A stretch of DNA of 20,000 nucleotides from Chiloscyllium plagiosum (taxonomy: Eukaryota): positions 5,787,411 to 5,807,410 of the forward strand of contig NC_057751.1 in NCBI RefSeq assembly GCF_004010195.1, given 5' to 3'. A program made the position numbers and the translations under genes. The notes under the pieces are model-generated. The model made no database searches and had not been told where the DNA came from. It saw nothing but the letters and a program-made list of their open reading frames with translations. Shown piece after piece: positions 10,636 through 20,000 of the stretch. How positions within the stretch are numbered: the stretch's first letter is position 1; each line of letters starts with the position of its first letter.

Positions 10636-11610
10636 TTTTCTTTCATATGGGTGTAGCTGGCAGGGCCAACATTTATTCCCTATCCAAAGAAGCCCTTGAG
10701 AAGGCAATGGTGAGACACTTTCTTGAACCATTGCAGTTCACCTCTTGCAGGAACACTCACAGTTCAATGAGCAAGGGGCATCCCAGGATGATGATTCAGC
10801 TACAATGAAGGAACAGCAATGTAGTGGCAACTCAGGATTGAATTGTCTTGAAGGGGATCTTACAGGTGATAGTGTTCCCATCCACCTGCTGCCCTTGTCC
10901 TTCTGGGTGATAGGGATCGCATGTCTGGAAGGTGCCATTTGAAAGAACTTTGGGAAATCACTGCAGTACATTTCATTTATGGTATATACTTCTGCCACCA
11001 TGTGGCATTGATGGAGGGAGTAAATGTTTAATTTGTGGACAGAATGTCAATCAATTCCACGGTGGCACAGTGGTTAGCACTGCTGCCTCACAGCGCCAGA
11101 GACCCGGGTTCATTTCCCGCCTCAGGCGACTGACTGTGTGGAGTTTGCACATTCTCCCCGTGTCTGTGTGGGTTTCCTCCGGGTGCTCCGGTTTCCTCCC
11201 ACAGTCCAAACATGTGCAGGTTAGGTGAATTGGCTATGCTAAATTGCCCATAGTGTTAGGTGAAGGGGTAAATGTAGGGAAATGGGTCTGGGTGGGTTGC
11301 GCTTCGGCGGGTCGGTGTGGACTTGTTGGGCCAAAGGGCCTGTTTCCACACTGAAAGTAATCTGTAAATCTGTAAGTAATTGGATGTCCTGCTCTGGATG
11401 ATATCGAGCTTTGTTGGTGTTCTTGGAAATGCATTTATCCAGCCAAGCGGAGGGTTTTTCATTGCACTCCTGACTTGAAGCTGATAGATTGTGGACAGGT
11501 TTTGGGGAGTTGGGAGGTGTGTAACTTGCTGCAGGATTCCTCTGACCTAGTCTCATCTCCACAGTGTTTAGCTGGCTGGTCCATGTCAGTTTCTGTTCAG
11601 TGGTAACCTC
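10636..11610 (-). mobile_element. Old CR1-group LINE 3' fragment, interrupted by an HE1 SINE
   Basis: Minus ORF 11256..11462 (MKNPPLGWINAFPRTPTKLDIIQSRTS) is a decayed version of the post-RT MEYSPLAW...LKKLDTIQ.KAARLI segment; similarity continues on the other side of the SINE to a tail near 10640 (ccaacatttatt). Confidence 0.7.
11058..11375 (+). mobile_element. HE1-family (V-SINE) tRNA-derived SINE, near full length
   Basis: A box TGGCACAGTGG (11063-11073), B box GGTTCATTTCC (11107-11117), V-domain tgtgtggagtttgcacattctccccgtgtctgtgtgggtttcctccgggtgctccggtttcctcccacagtccaaa, CR1-like tail gggccaaagggcctgtttcc and short tandem terminal repeats. Confidence 0.92.
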
Positions 11611-11949
11611 TATAAGGAACTAAAAAAGAAACAATTCCTGTTCGGCCAATGGAAAACCTATGGCTGGAACTGCCAGTCCTGATTACGTATCATCGTCAAA
11701 TCTAAGGACCGGTGCTGCCATTGGTAAAAGCAAGTACTTGCAGCAAAAAAAACCTTACCAAACAATAACTCTTGCACCCTGAACACAATAAAATTTCCTA
11801 ACTCAACAGTATTGTGTTTGAACATGTCAAATGCTAAAAGTACACAAAAGTATTGTTTACACACTATCTATCTTTCTGAATAGTTCAGTATAATTGAGGC
11901 TGAGTCAAAATAAACTTCGTCCAATATCTATTCTCCTCAGCATTATTTC

Positions 11950-12235
11950 TCCTGCTCAGAAATCTGGCTCTCTGGGAATGGCTGTCTGTACATCTTTCTT
12001 CCAACAGGCCAAACACTGAAGGCTCAGCTTTTAATTGTCTTGGGTTTAACACTTTGGAATGTTCCAGAGAAATGTTCTGCCTCTCTGCTTTTTAAAGCTC
12101 TCAAAATCCATATCATGAATTGTGCCTTTGACCACACTTTCCAATACCTCATAATGACTCAGCATCTTTTTCTTTTGTCCACTTTCAAGGGTGGTGGGGC
12201 ATCCACAGATACTACATAAATGTACATCTTTATTG
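11950..12235 (+). mobile_element. Highly decayed L2-like LINE 3' end
   Basis: tttggaatgttcc...tttttaaagctctcaaaatcc...ctttgacca...atactacataaatgtac resembles the reverse complement of the minus-strand L2 tails in this window. Confidence 0.45.
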
Positions 12236-13419
12236 CACAGCTATGAGTCTGTAAAGAAAAGCAGATTTCATGCAGGTTCTGCTAATTTTCTTGGCCCAAC
12301 TGTGAAAAATGCTCATGTGACCTGCATCACTGAAAATGAATTGCTGTGGGCTAAATGATATCGGAACATTTCATTCAAGAAACTCCAGTTATTTGAAGCA
12401 ATCACTTCACCAGGTGCAGACTCATATATGGACAGTCAGTGTAGCATGGACTAACTGGAAAAATACCATATAAGCTGGATAAGAAGGAAATGGTATGAAG
12501 AGAATGCTGAATAAGAAGACCACATGCTGTGGGATAGGGTGCATTGGAAGATCAAAAGGCTAAATTATATGCTGCTCTTGTTTTTTTCGATATGTCACAG
12601 CAGGACTGTAGCTCACCATAATGAGGTGTGAAAGTGATGACAGGAACGCTCCTGCTGGGCTGATTAAAATAAACTCGTTAATGATACCCTCCTGGAAATT
12701 AGGATAGGAAAAATTCAAACCTGACATCAGAGGTCTTTTAAAAGGAGAGAGGTCAACACTGTAAACAGGCCAGGCATGCTTCGGACATGTGTCATGTTGT
12801 TGTCGCATTGCAGCAGTTTCTTCCTTGGCGGCAATTAATCCAGCTGCAGCCTGCATTAAACAGGACAGTTCCCTTTTATTAAAAGATCATCTGCCCACCT
12901 TCAAGAGATAGACTTCATAATCAGAACAAAATCTACAAGAACAGGAAAAGCAGCAATTTTGGAAAGCGGAGGTTAAAATGGGAAATACCAGAAATAGATA
13001 GCAGTTTGGTCGGGGTGGAAATAGAAAGACTTCCATTTTACAAGACCATTTCACAATGTTAAAATGATCAAACTGCTTTGCAGCCAATTCAGTTCATTTG
13101 AATTATTGTGACTCTTGTAATGAGAGACCGATTTTTTTTAGATGAACTTATTATCGTGAAACAATTATCGTGGCAAGGCTCAGTTTGACATGTGTTCCTT
13201 TCCCTAAGGTCACGACAAGTCCTGACAAGCCAGAATAGATTCCCATGAACAACCCCAGTTGTGATAATACTGGACAAGCTGGACCTTTGTTAAAATATGG
13301 CTTGAGAAACCATTGTTTATTAAAGAATACAATGTGTCGAAGAATTGTGAGGATTGAGTTGAAATGCCAAACAACATGTCTATGACATAAACTTGAACAA
13401 AATAACCAAAATGAATAGT

Positions 13420-13622
13420 CAGAGAAGGTGGTGGAGGCCGGGACATTAACAATATTTAAGAGGCATTTGAATTAGTATGTGATTAGGAAGGGTTTAGAAG
13501 ATATGGGCCAAATGCTGACAAATGGGACTAGATTAATTTAGGATATCTGGTCGGCATGGACGGGTTGTACGAAAGGGTCTGTTTCCATGCTGTACATCTC
13601 TATGAGTCTATACTCTATGACT
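13420..13622 (+). mobile_element. CR1 (HER1-like) LINE 3' tail
   Basis: gtggtggaggc...atttaagaggcatttga...ggtcggcatggac...aagggtctgtttccatgctgtacatctctatga(ctctatga)n; homologous, in inverted orientation, to 19773-20000. Confidence 0.85.
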
Positions 13623-13672
13623 AAAAAGGGACACTGAATGGCTATTTAATTATTCAAACCAGTTACACCAGA

Positions 13673-14526
13673 CATACGGAAAGTCAGGAGGCATGGGATA
13701 GTGGGAAATTTCGCCAGTTGGATAGAAAACTGGCTAACCGGTCGAAGTCAGAGAGTGGTGGTAGATGGTAAATATTCAGCCTGGAGCCCAGTTACAAGTG
13801 GAGTTCCGCAGGGATCAGTTCTGGGTCCTCTGCTGTTTGTAATGGTGGAGGAACAGAGGGATCTTGGTGTCTATGTACATAGATCTTTGAAGGTTGCCAC
13901 TCAGGTGGATAGAGTTTGTAAGAAGGCCTATGGTGTATTAGCGTTCATTACCAGATGGATTGAATTCAAGAGTCGTGAAGTGATGTTGCAGCTGTACAGG
14001 ACTTTGGTTAGGCCACAGTTGGAGTACTGTGTGCAGTTCTGGTCGCCTCACTATAGGAAAGATGTGGGAGCTTTGGAGAGGTTGCAGAGAAGATTTACCA
14101 GGATGTTGCCTGGAATGGAGAGGAAGTCGTACGAGGATCGGTTGAGAGTTCTCGGCCTTTTCTCGTTGGAACGGCGAAGGATGAGGGGTGACTTGATCGA
14201 GGTTTATAAGATGATCAGAGGAATAGATAGAGTAGACAGTCAGAAACTTTTTCCCCGGGTACAACAGAGTGTTACAAGGGGACATAAATTTAAGGTGAAG
14301 GGTGGAAGGGTTTGGGGAGATGTCAGGGGTGGGTTCTTTACCTAGAGAGTGGTGGGGGCATGGAATGCGCTGCCTGTGGGAGTGGTAGAGTGAGAATCAT
14401 TGGCGAACTTTAAGTGGCAATTGGATAGGTACATGGATGGGTGCTTAAGCTAGGACAAATGTTCGGCACAACATCGTGGGCCGAAGGGCCTGTTCTGTGC
14501 TGTATTGTTCTATGTTCTATGTTCTA
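13673..14526 (+). mobile_element. 5'-truncated CR1 LINE (ORF2 reverse transcriptase C-terminal part) with in-frame internal deletion
   Basis: ORF 13701-14345 carries WIENWLTGRSQRVVVDG, SGVPQGSVLGPLLF, RDLGV, LYRTLVRPQLEYCVQFWSP, LERRRMRGDLIEVYK and TRGH. Homology continues past premature stops TAG 14343 and TGA 14391 to the natural stop at 14451-14453; tail (GTTCTAT)n. Confidence 0.95.
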
Positions 14527-15206
14527 CAACTTAGATTCAGGATTAACATCAGTTTAGTATGAGTGAACAGAAAAACTATGGTTAATACCCAGCAGACTAC
14601 ACTTTAAATGTCCAGTGTGATTGACACAGATCCCAGCTGAAAGTCAATGATGTTGTGGGTCATAAAATCTTGTTGAATCTCTGTCTCCTTCATAAGGAAT
14701 TTCTCTACTATCCTCCTGAAGAAATCTCCCTGGGCACTCTCATAGACTGTCAAAATGGGATTGCCCCTGTGACTACTCATATTTTGGTAGTGCAATCTTT
14801 TCCTCCACCGCTTTCCTTGACCCCAAATTTCTTGGAGTCTGCTTACGGCATTACTTAGTCTGCCTGGAGTCACTTATTCTGCTTCAACACTACTAGCTCC
14901 AAACTGCAACTCACTTCTTCTAGCAGTATGGACACCTGGTTCCAATGTCTCATGGCATGCTGATTGGGTAACGGCTGTACATCCACGGGCACTGGTATCC
15001 AATGCATGCAGCACCAACATGGCATATCTCTGATCCACTTTGACAATGCTTTGCACTTTAATGTTGAACTTTGGGGTGCACTGGCAACTATCATTGGAAT
15101 GCTGCTGCAAGAACATTTTGTGCACTGGGACAGTCATCCAGCCCACAGGTGGCACTGCAGGGCTGCTAACTTGCTTTGTGCCGACTTGGATGCTTACAGC
15201 ATTGGA

Positions 15207-15365
15207 AAATAGGAACATGTGAATAGGAGAAGATCATTCAGTCCCTCAAGCCTGTTCCGCTATTCAACGAGATCTGGCTGATCTGTGGCCCACCTCAATA
15301 TAACTGCCTTTGGCACACATTCTTCAATATCATTGCTGAACAAAAAGATTATCCATCTCAGATTA
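15207..15365 (-). mobile_element. CR1-type LINE 3' tail remnant
   Basis: aataggagaagatcattcagtccctcaagcctgttccgctattcaacgagatctggctgatct is the reverse complement of the same tail type seen at ~6950-7030. Confidence 0.7.
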
Positions 15366-15473
15366 CATTGTCTTGCCTGTTTGCAGTTTGCTGCCACAGC
15401 CAGAGTGAACAGGTTCACAGTGCTTCTGTCTTTCCTTGCCATTTAGGACAGACAAAAAGTCAGCAAAGAACAC

Positions 15474-15619
15474 ATGCTGGAAATCACAACTGGTCAGACA
15501 GCATCCGTGGAAAGAGAGCAAGCTAATGTTTTGAGTTCTGCTGAAGAGTCTTTTAGATTCTAAATGTTAACTTGCTCTCTCTCCACAGATGCTGTCTGAC
15601 CCTCTGTGATCTCCAGCAT
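15474..15619. mobile_element. Second palindromic fold-back element with degenerate hammerhead-like centre
   Basis: Arms atgctggaaatcacaactggtcagacagcatccgtggaaagagagcaagctaatgttt and aaatgttaacttgctctctctccacagatgctgtctgaccctctgtgatctccagcat are near reverse complements; centre CTGAAGA-GTC-tttta-GAT-tcTAAA. Confidence 0.75.
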
Positions 15620-15769
15620 CTGCAGTAATTTGCTCTTATGAAAAATCAGGAAGCCTGTCATGGTGGTCAGCAGTCATTAATCAAGGAGGTAGACAGATTG
15701 CTATATGCTATGAGGCGAAGTCAATCTCACACCTGCACCATGTGCCAGCAGTGAACTTGGCAAACGGTC

Positions 15770-16344
15770 ATTCAGCCACTCAGGGTGGGCAGAGCGACAA
15801 GCCAAATGTCAAGCAACCATCCATCTGCCTTGTCTCCTTTGTCCCTATTGTGGTCTGTTTTCCCCTGGAATGAGAGAAAGAGAGGATTGAGTGAGATATA
15901 AGTGGGTGGTACAGTTGTTCATGCTGATGCAGCTGGGGGGAAGGGTGTTGAGGTATCACAGGTGAGTGAGTAGACAGTGCAGAGACCATGCAGGACTAGC
16001 GGTATGGGGGAGTTGAGTGGAGAAGAGAAAGTAAGAAAAGATGTTGCAAGGAGTAGTGAGAGAGTTGGAGCATGAGTTTTGGGTGGGGGCAGAAATTGAG
16101 TGAGTGTGAGATAGCAGAGAGAAGATGATGGCAATTTCCTTGGTGAAGTGGTAAAAGTCATTGATCTTCTTCCTACACTGATGGACGTCCTCGAAATGGT
16201 TGAAACCACACTCAACTGATGGCAACCTTGGACCAAGCTGGCAGTGTCGGGCCTCACGGCCTCCTTTGCCAGTCCTCTATTCTGTATCACCCTATCCACC
16301 AACACCTCTATGTCTTTGCCCACAAATTTCCCCTTATCTACCAG
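15770..16344 (-). pseudogene. Decayed Myb/SANT-like gene of PIF/Harbinger transposon type (copy 2)
   Basis: Across frames: KGKFVGKDIEVLVDRVIQ / WQRRP*GPTLPAWSKVA / LSVVSTISR / HQCRKKINDF; intron ~16138-15865 ending in the same ctctcattccag acceptor as copy 1; exon 2 begins GKTDHNR. Confidence 0.7.
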
Positions 16345-16427
16345 ATCTGAGCAAAAACCATGAATCTTGGAGGGCAACTCCAGACCGGCAGCGCTTGACC
16401 AGATGTACAATGGCTTATTAAAAATGG

Positions 16428-16500
16428 TGCCTGACCTGCTGTGCTTTTCCAGCACCACACTTTTCAACTCTGATCTCCACTATCTGCAGTCACTTCCTTC
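16428..16500 (+). mobile_element. Single-arm fragment of the Penelope-terminus-like repeat family
   Basis: tgcctgacctgctgtgcttttccagcacc...tgatctccactatctgcagt is homologous to the right arms at 6840-6865 and 15590-15626. Confidence 0.65.
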
Positions 16501-16804
16501 TATTAAAACTGGTGACAATGCCAGGGAGCCAAGTATTTCCAGCAATAGGAAAGGGAAGGATTGGCTCACAGCAGATGAGAGGGACACAATCCAAGTATGG
16601 TAGTTAGTTAATGTAGTGAGTTTGGATGGGATAGTATAAGAAAGTTTGCGAGACATCATCAAGGGAAAAATCTCTGTGAAACTTGACAAAAATGACACTT
16701 TGCCAATGTAGGGAATTCAGCGTTCTTTCTCTCACTTCAAGGAAAATGGACATTTGGAAGTATAATCATCTTGGAAAGTTCAGCGTTCATGACAAGGCAG
16801 AACA

Positions 16805-17120
16805 ACTAATTTCTGCACAGTGAGTTCCCATGTACCTATATATATTATTGGACATGCTACTCAGTGATGTTGATTGAGGGATAAATATTGGCAGGGCACT
16901 GGTAGAACTATCCCCGTCTTCATTAAAATGTGTCGGGGAATCCTGTACATGTGCTTACTGGGGCAGCTGGGCCCTCAGTTTAATGTCTATTTTGAAACAT
17001 AACATCTCCCACAATGCAACTCCCTCAGCCATGCATGGAAGTATCAGCCTGACTGACATGTTCTCTGTAGTGAAACTTTACTGAGAGGTGAGAGTGTAAC
17101 TCACTTAGTCAAAGATGGCA
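16805..17120 (-). mobile_element. DeuSINE-family SINE (SacSINE1/AmnSINE1-related), decayed
   Basis: gatgttgattgagggataaatattggc...gggccctcagtttaatgtct...actccctcag...tcagcct...agaggtgagagtg matches the recalled antisense Deu-domain plus tRNA head. Confidence 0.7.
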
Positions 17121-17459
17121 ACCTACAGTAAATGAATGTCTGGGTTGCACACTGATAAAGAGGCTCTGGTAAAATGCTTAGTTTTGACTTCCCTTGTCTG
17201 ATTCTGATGGAACTACATTTCCAGCAAACTTTTCTCTTGGCGATATGGTTTTGAGGTGTATGAAGGAGGGTGATTAATCCAGATTGTGTGTACGTCCCAA
17301 TACGTTGTGTTTAAAATATACTTTTGTCTGCAGTGTGCTGAACATGTATCATTGAAGCACATCTCCAGTTCAACAGTTAAACAGCATCAAGATGTGACAA
17401 GTTGTTCTGAAGTGTAGCGCATACTAAGGTAATCAAAGAAATCGTAATGAGTACAAGGT

Positions 17460-17715
17460 TGACTCCCTCGTGGCTGAGTGAACACACGAAACAAAGTCAG
17501 TGATTTAGAATTGCAGAATGGAAGGTTCCTGGTTGTATCTATGGTCTGCACTGAGGTTGATTAAGGCAATGATCAATAAACGTGACAAGTTCCCTTCAAC
17601 TTTTGTGTTGGAACAGGAAAATCAATCTGAATCTCCGATTGTTACTCAATAACCATTTTGGCAATGGGATGTGAACAGACAGAAGGATAGGATCAGGACT
17701 GGCTGTGATTTGGAT
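17460..17715 (+). mobile_element. Ancient tRNA-SINE-like repeat
   Basis: ggaaggttcctggtt...ggtctgcactgag...ggaaaatca...aggataggatcaggactggctgtgat resembles a recalled old chondrichthyan SINE; very diverged. Confidence 0.4.
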
Positions 17716-18424
17716 TTCCACCTCTGGTTGGACATATGCTTTCGTGGTTTCAACACACAACTGTCCACTTCTGAATGTCTTATCAAGTCATACATGCCAT
17801 TTAGCCCAACTCCAATTTGTTTTTGTCACTGTAAATTGAAAGAAAAAGAAAAAGGGCACATAATGTACTTGAATACTCATGTGATTCTTCACCTCGGCTC
17901 ATTGCAGCACTGTCCAGGAGATACATTCTTGGAGATGCTGAGACAACCACTCAGGGTTGGTGTCCTCACTGTAATGCCGCTGGCATTCATTGTTTCATCT
18001 CACTTATGGAAGGCAAAAGAGAACACCCTTCATCTGTAGCACTATAGTCCAGTGTTCCCAACCTATTGAGTATGATCGCATGTCTGTCTGAGTTCTCTGT
18101 AAATGTTTGTGATTCCAGGTCCAAAGAAAAAGGGTGAAATTCTTTTGAAATGCTTGCATTTGACAGTAACACAATAGCCATCAGAAGATGAAGTGAAAAA
18201 TGAAAACAGTGCAGATTTTCCATCTGACTGAACTTTGCTTGTGTGAAAGGGAAGTATGTGCAGTTCAGCAGGCTGCAGTCAGTGACATTTGATTGTTGAA
18301 GTGATAACCTTGTGACCTCCCAGAAGTGGAAATAAACAGTAGTCTGGAGACACAATTGGAATGTTAGAAAACTTGTTTCTTTTAGGATATTTTCCTTTTT
18401 TTATTACTTTCTTAATCACAATCT

Positions 18425-18627
18425 CTCCAGTATGTGCCTGCCTGCCATTGACTCTTGGGAATCACTGGGATTGGTTTGGGATCCCAGACACTCTGTGCAT
18501 CACACCTGTAAATAGTTCAGTGTAATTTCAAAATACTGAATGCAATAATTGAAACCCTCCAGTATGTGCCTGCCTGCCATTGATTCCTGGAAATCACTGG
18601 GATTGGTTTGGGATCCAAGACACTCTG
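18425..18627. repeat. 71-bp direct repeat (18425-18495 and 18557-18627), 4 mismatches, period 132 bp
   Basis: Direct alignment of ctccagtatgtgcctgcctgccattga...gggattggtttgggatcc.agacactctg. Confidence 0.95.
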
Positions 18628-19295
18628 GGACTGATGGTATTGTAGTTGAAATAGTATCAGTTGGAGGGGCAACTGGAGCATGGAACAAGAAGTCGACTAG
18701 GTTTGGGGGAGTAAAGGTTCTGCATAGGAATGTTGAGAAGGACTTGCTTGCAGTGGGTGGATGGATTTGAGGATAGAGGTAACAATCTCAAAGATGAAGA
18801 TACTTCTTGAGTGAAGCTTTGTGAAAAAACTGCCTGAGGAGACGTCGGCTGTCTCACGGCCCGAGGGTGCAAGTTGCAGCATTTGAATGGCTTGTAATTT
18901 GTGAATGAAAAGAACTGTTGCAGAAGTTGAGTCAACTGTAATGACTCTTGGTAGAGGCAGAGAGGTGAGGACAGACTGGGCAATGATTGGGGGAAGTCTA
19001 AAGTGACCCTGACATCAGTTCTCTGCCTGAAGGCAGGTGTAATCCATAGTACTGCTCTTTCATCATGGGGAGGGCATAGAGGCAGGTGTTAAATCTACTC
19101 TGGCTGAAACGGGGATCAAACATTGTATTGTTTCTCTCTGTCAAGTCACATCTCATTCTTCGTTTCGATCAATTGCGCCTGCAAAAAATAAATCCCTCAG
19201 TTTTGGCATCATACCTGGACCTGAAAATCCTTTTTTTCACTTCTTCCCTGTGCTTTTATATTCCTTTACTGAAATGAAGACTGCTCTGGGACACC

Positions 19296-19572
19296 AATTT
19301 GTGCTAAGCAAAGTCTGATCAATGGCATATTAATGACATAGTAACTTATTTTGGAGAATGTATTGTGAAGGATGATTATTGGCTGCCACAACAGTCTTCA
19401 AAGAATGCATTTTGCACGATTGGATGAATTTTGATGTGACATCTCATCTGTGTGATAGTGCATTGAAGTCACGACTGCATTGAAGTGTCAGTCTTGATTT
19501 TATGCCACAGTCTTTAGAACTGGGCTTGATTCCACAGCATTCCCACTTGGGTGAGAGTGCCAACATTTAGTG
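19296..19572 (-). mobile_element. Very decayed DeuSINE copy
   Basis: acatctcatctg...actgcattgaagtgtcagtcttgattt...tgggcttga...ggtgagagtgc parallels 16980-17100; left boundary uncertain. Confidence 0.5.
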
Positions 19573-19772
19573 TGTTGGAGAACAGTTGGATAGTTTGAGG
19601 TTTTTCCTGACAACGTACCATTATTAGACAAGAGGGCAAACACTTGGGTGACACATCTCAAGTTGACAGGGGTTGAAGTTGGACAGACAATGCTGGTTGG
19701 GTGAGAATAAATGACTCAAGTTCCTAGGTAAGTAATTAAAACATCACCTTATGATTGTTGGGTGGAATACTT

Positions 19773-20000
19773 ATAGAGTCATAGAGATGCACAGCATGGA
19801 AACAGACCCTTTTGTCCAACCCATCCATGTCGACCAGATATCCCAATCCAATCTAGTCCCACCTGCCAGCACTCGACCCATATCCCTCCAAACCCTTCCT
19901 ATTCATTTACCCATCCAAATGCCTCTTAAATGTTGCAATTGTACCAGCCTCCACCACATCCTCTGGCAGCTCATTCCATACACGTACCACCCTCTGAGTG
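19773..20000 (-). mobile_element. CR1 (HER1-like) LINE 3' end, running off the window
   Basis: atagagtcatagagatgcacagcatggaaacagaccct...ccatccaaatgcctcttaaatg...ccagcctccaccac...ggcagctcattccata; homologous to 13420-13622. Confidence 0.9.

Noticed and set aside
11063..11120. tRNA gene
   Set aside because: The A and B boxes belong to the HE1 SINE head; there is no full cloverleaf and the sequence continues into the V-domain.
11753..11795. 20-nt minus-strand micro-exon (ttcag|ggtgcaagagttattgtttg|gtaagg)
   Set aside because: Weak pyrimidine tract, non-triplet length and no neighbouring exons identified.
12634..12724. C/D box snoRNA (GTGATGA at 12634, CTGA at 12660 and 12721)
   Set aside because: Terminal stem is weak and offset, there is no clear C' box, and I recognise no rRNA/snRNA-complementary guide. 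A snoscan or Infernal run would settle it.
13701..14345. 214-aa ORF as a functional gene
   Set aside because: 5'-truncated CR1 ORF2 with no ATG start (GTG), no catalytic ADD motif and premature stops.
14604..15222. Cluster of 60-114 aa ORFs as host exons
   Set aside because: No recognisable domain or consistent splice signals; more likely the decayed downstream part of the adjacent Harbinger-type gene.
15919..16467. 182-aa minus-strand ORF as an intact protein
   Set aside because: Chimeric read-through of a repeat arm, parts of the frameshifted Myb exon and pyrimidine-rich intron sequence.
18425..18627. CRISPR-like repeat-spacer array
   Set aside because: Only two 71-bp units, in vertebrate DNA, with no cas genes.
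19726..19733. Consensus splice donor AG|GTAAGT
   Set aside because: An 8-mer is expected by chance in about one of every one or two 20-kb windows, and no credible upstream exon was found.

Overview
Repeat-rich, apparently non-coding vertebrate DNA. The repeat content (HE1/V-SINE, DeuSINE, CR1/HER1-type LINE tails) points to an elasmobranch (shark), possibly a bamboo-shark-like orectolobiform; this is recognition from memory, not a database result. I found no intact host gene, and almost all short ORFs in the track are spurious or lie in decayed transposons. Recognisable content: (1) a young CR1 LINE 3' fragment (13673-14526) whose RT catalytic core has been removed by an in-frame internal deletion, plus a 122-bp identical copy of its tail at 7970-8091; (2) a TG..CA solo LTR with a 6-bp TSD nested in an L2-like LINE; (3) two decayed, intron-containing Myb/SANT-like genes of PIF/Harbinger transposon type; (4) two palindromic hairpin elements with a hammerhead-like CTGAAGA..GAAA centre (Penelope-terminus-like), one with a TSD; (5) several SINEs and older L2/CR1 remnants; (6) non-repeat candidates for regulatory DNA, namely a CpG-rich but AT-rich island at ~7280-8520 and a homeodomain-motif-rich block at ~12590-12885; (7) an unexplained 71-bp direct repeat with codon-periodic divergence at 18425-18627. 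I see no convincing evidence for a wholly new biological system. The best leads are the ribozyme-like palindromic elements, the deleted CR1 and the putative regulatory blocks.
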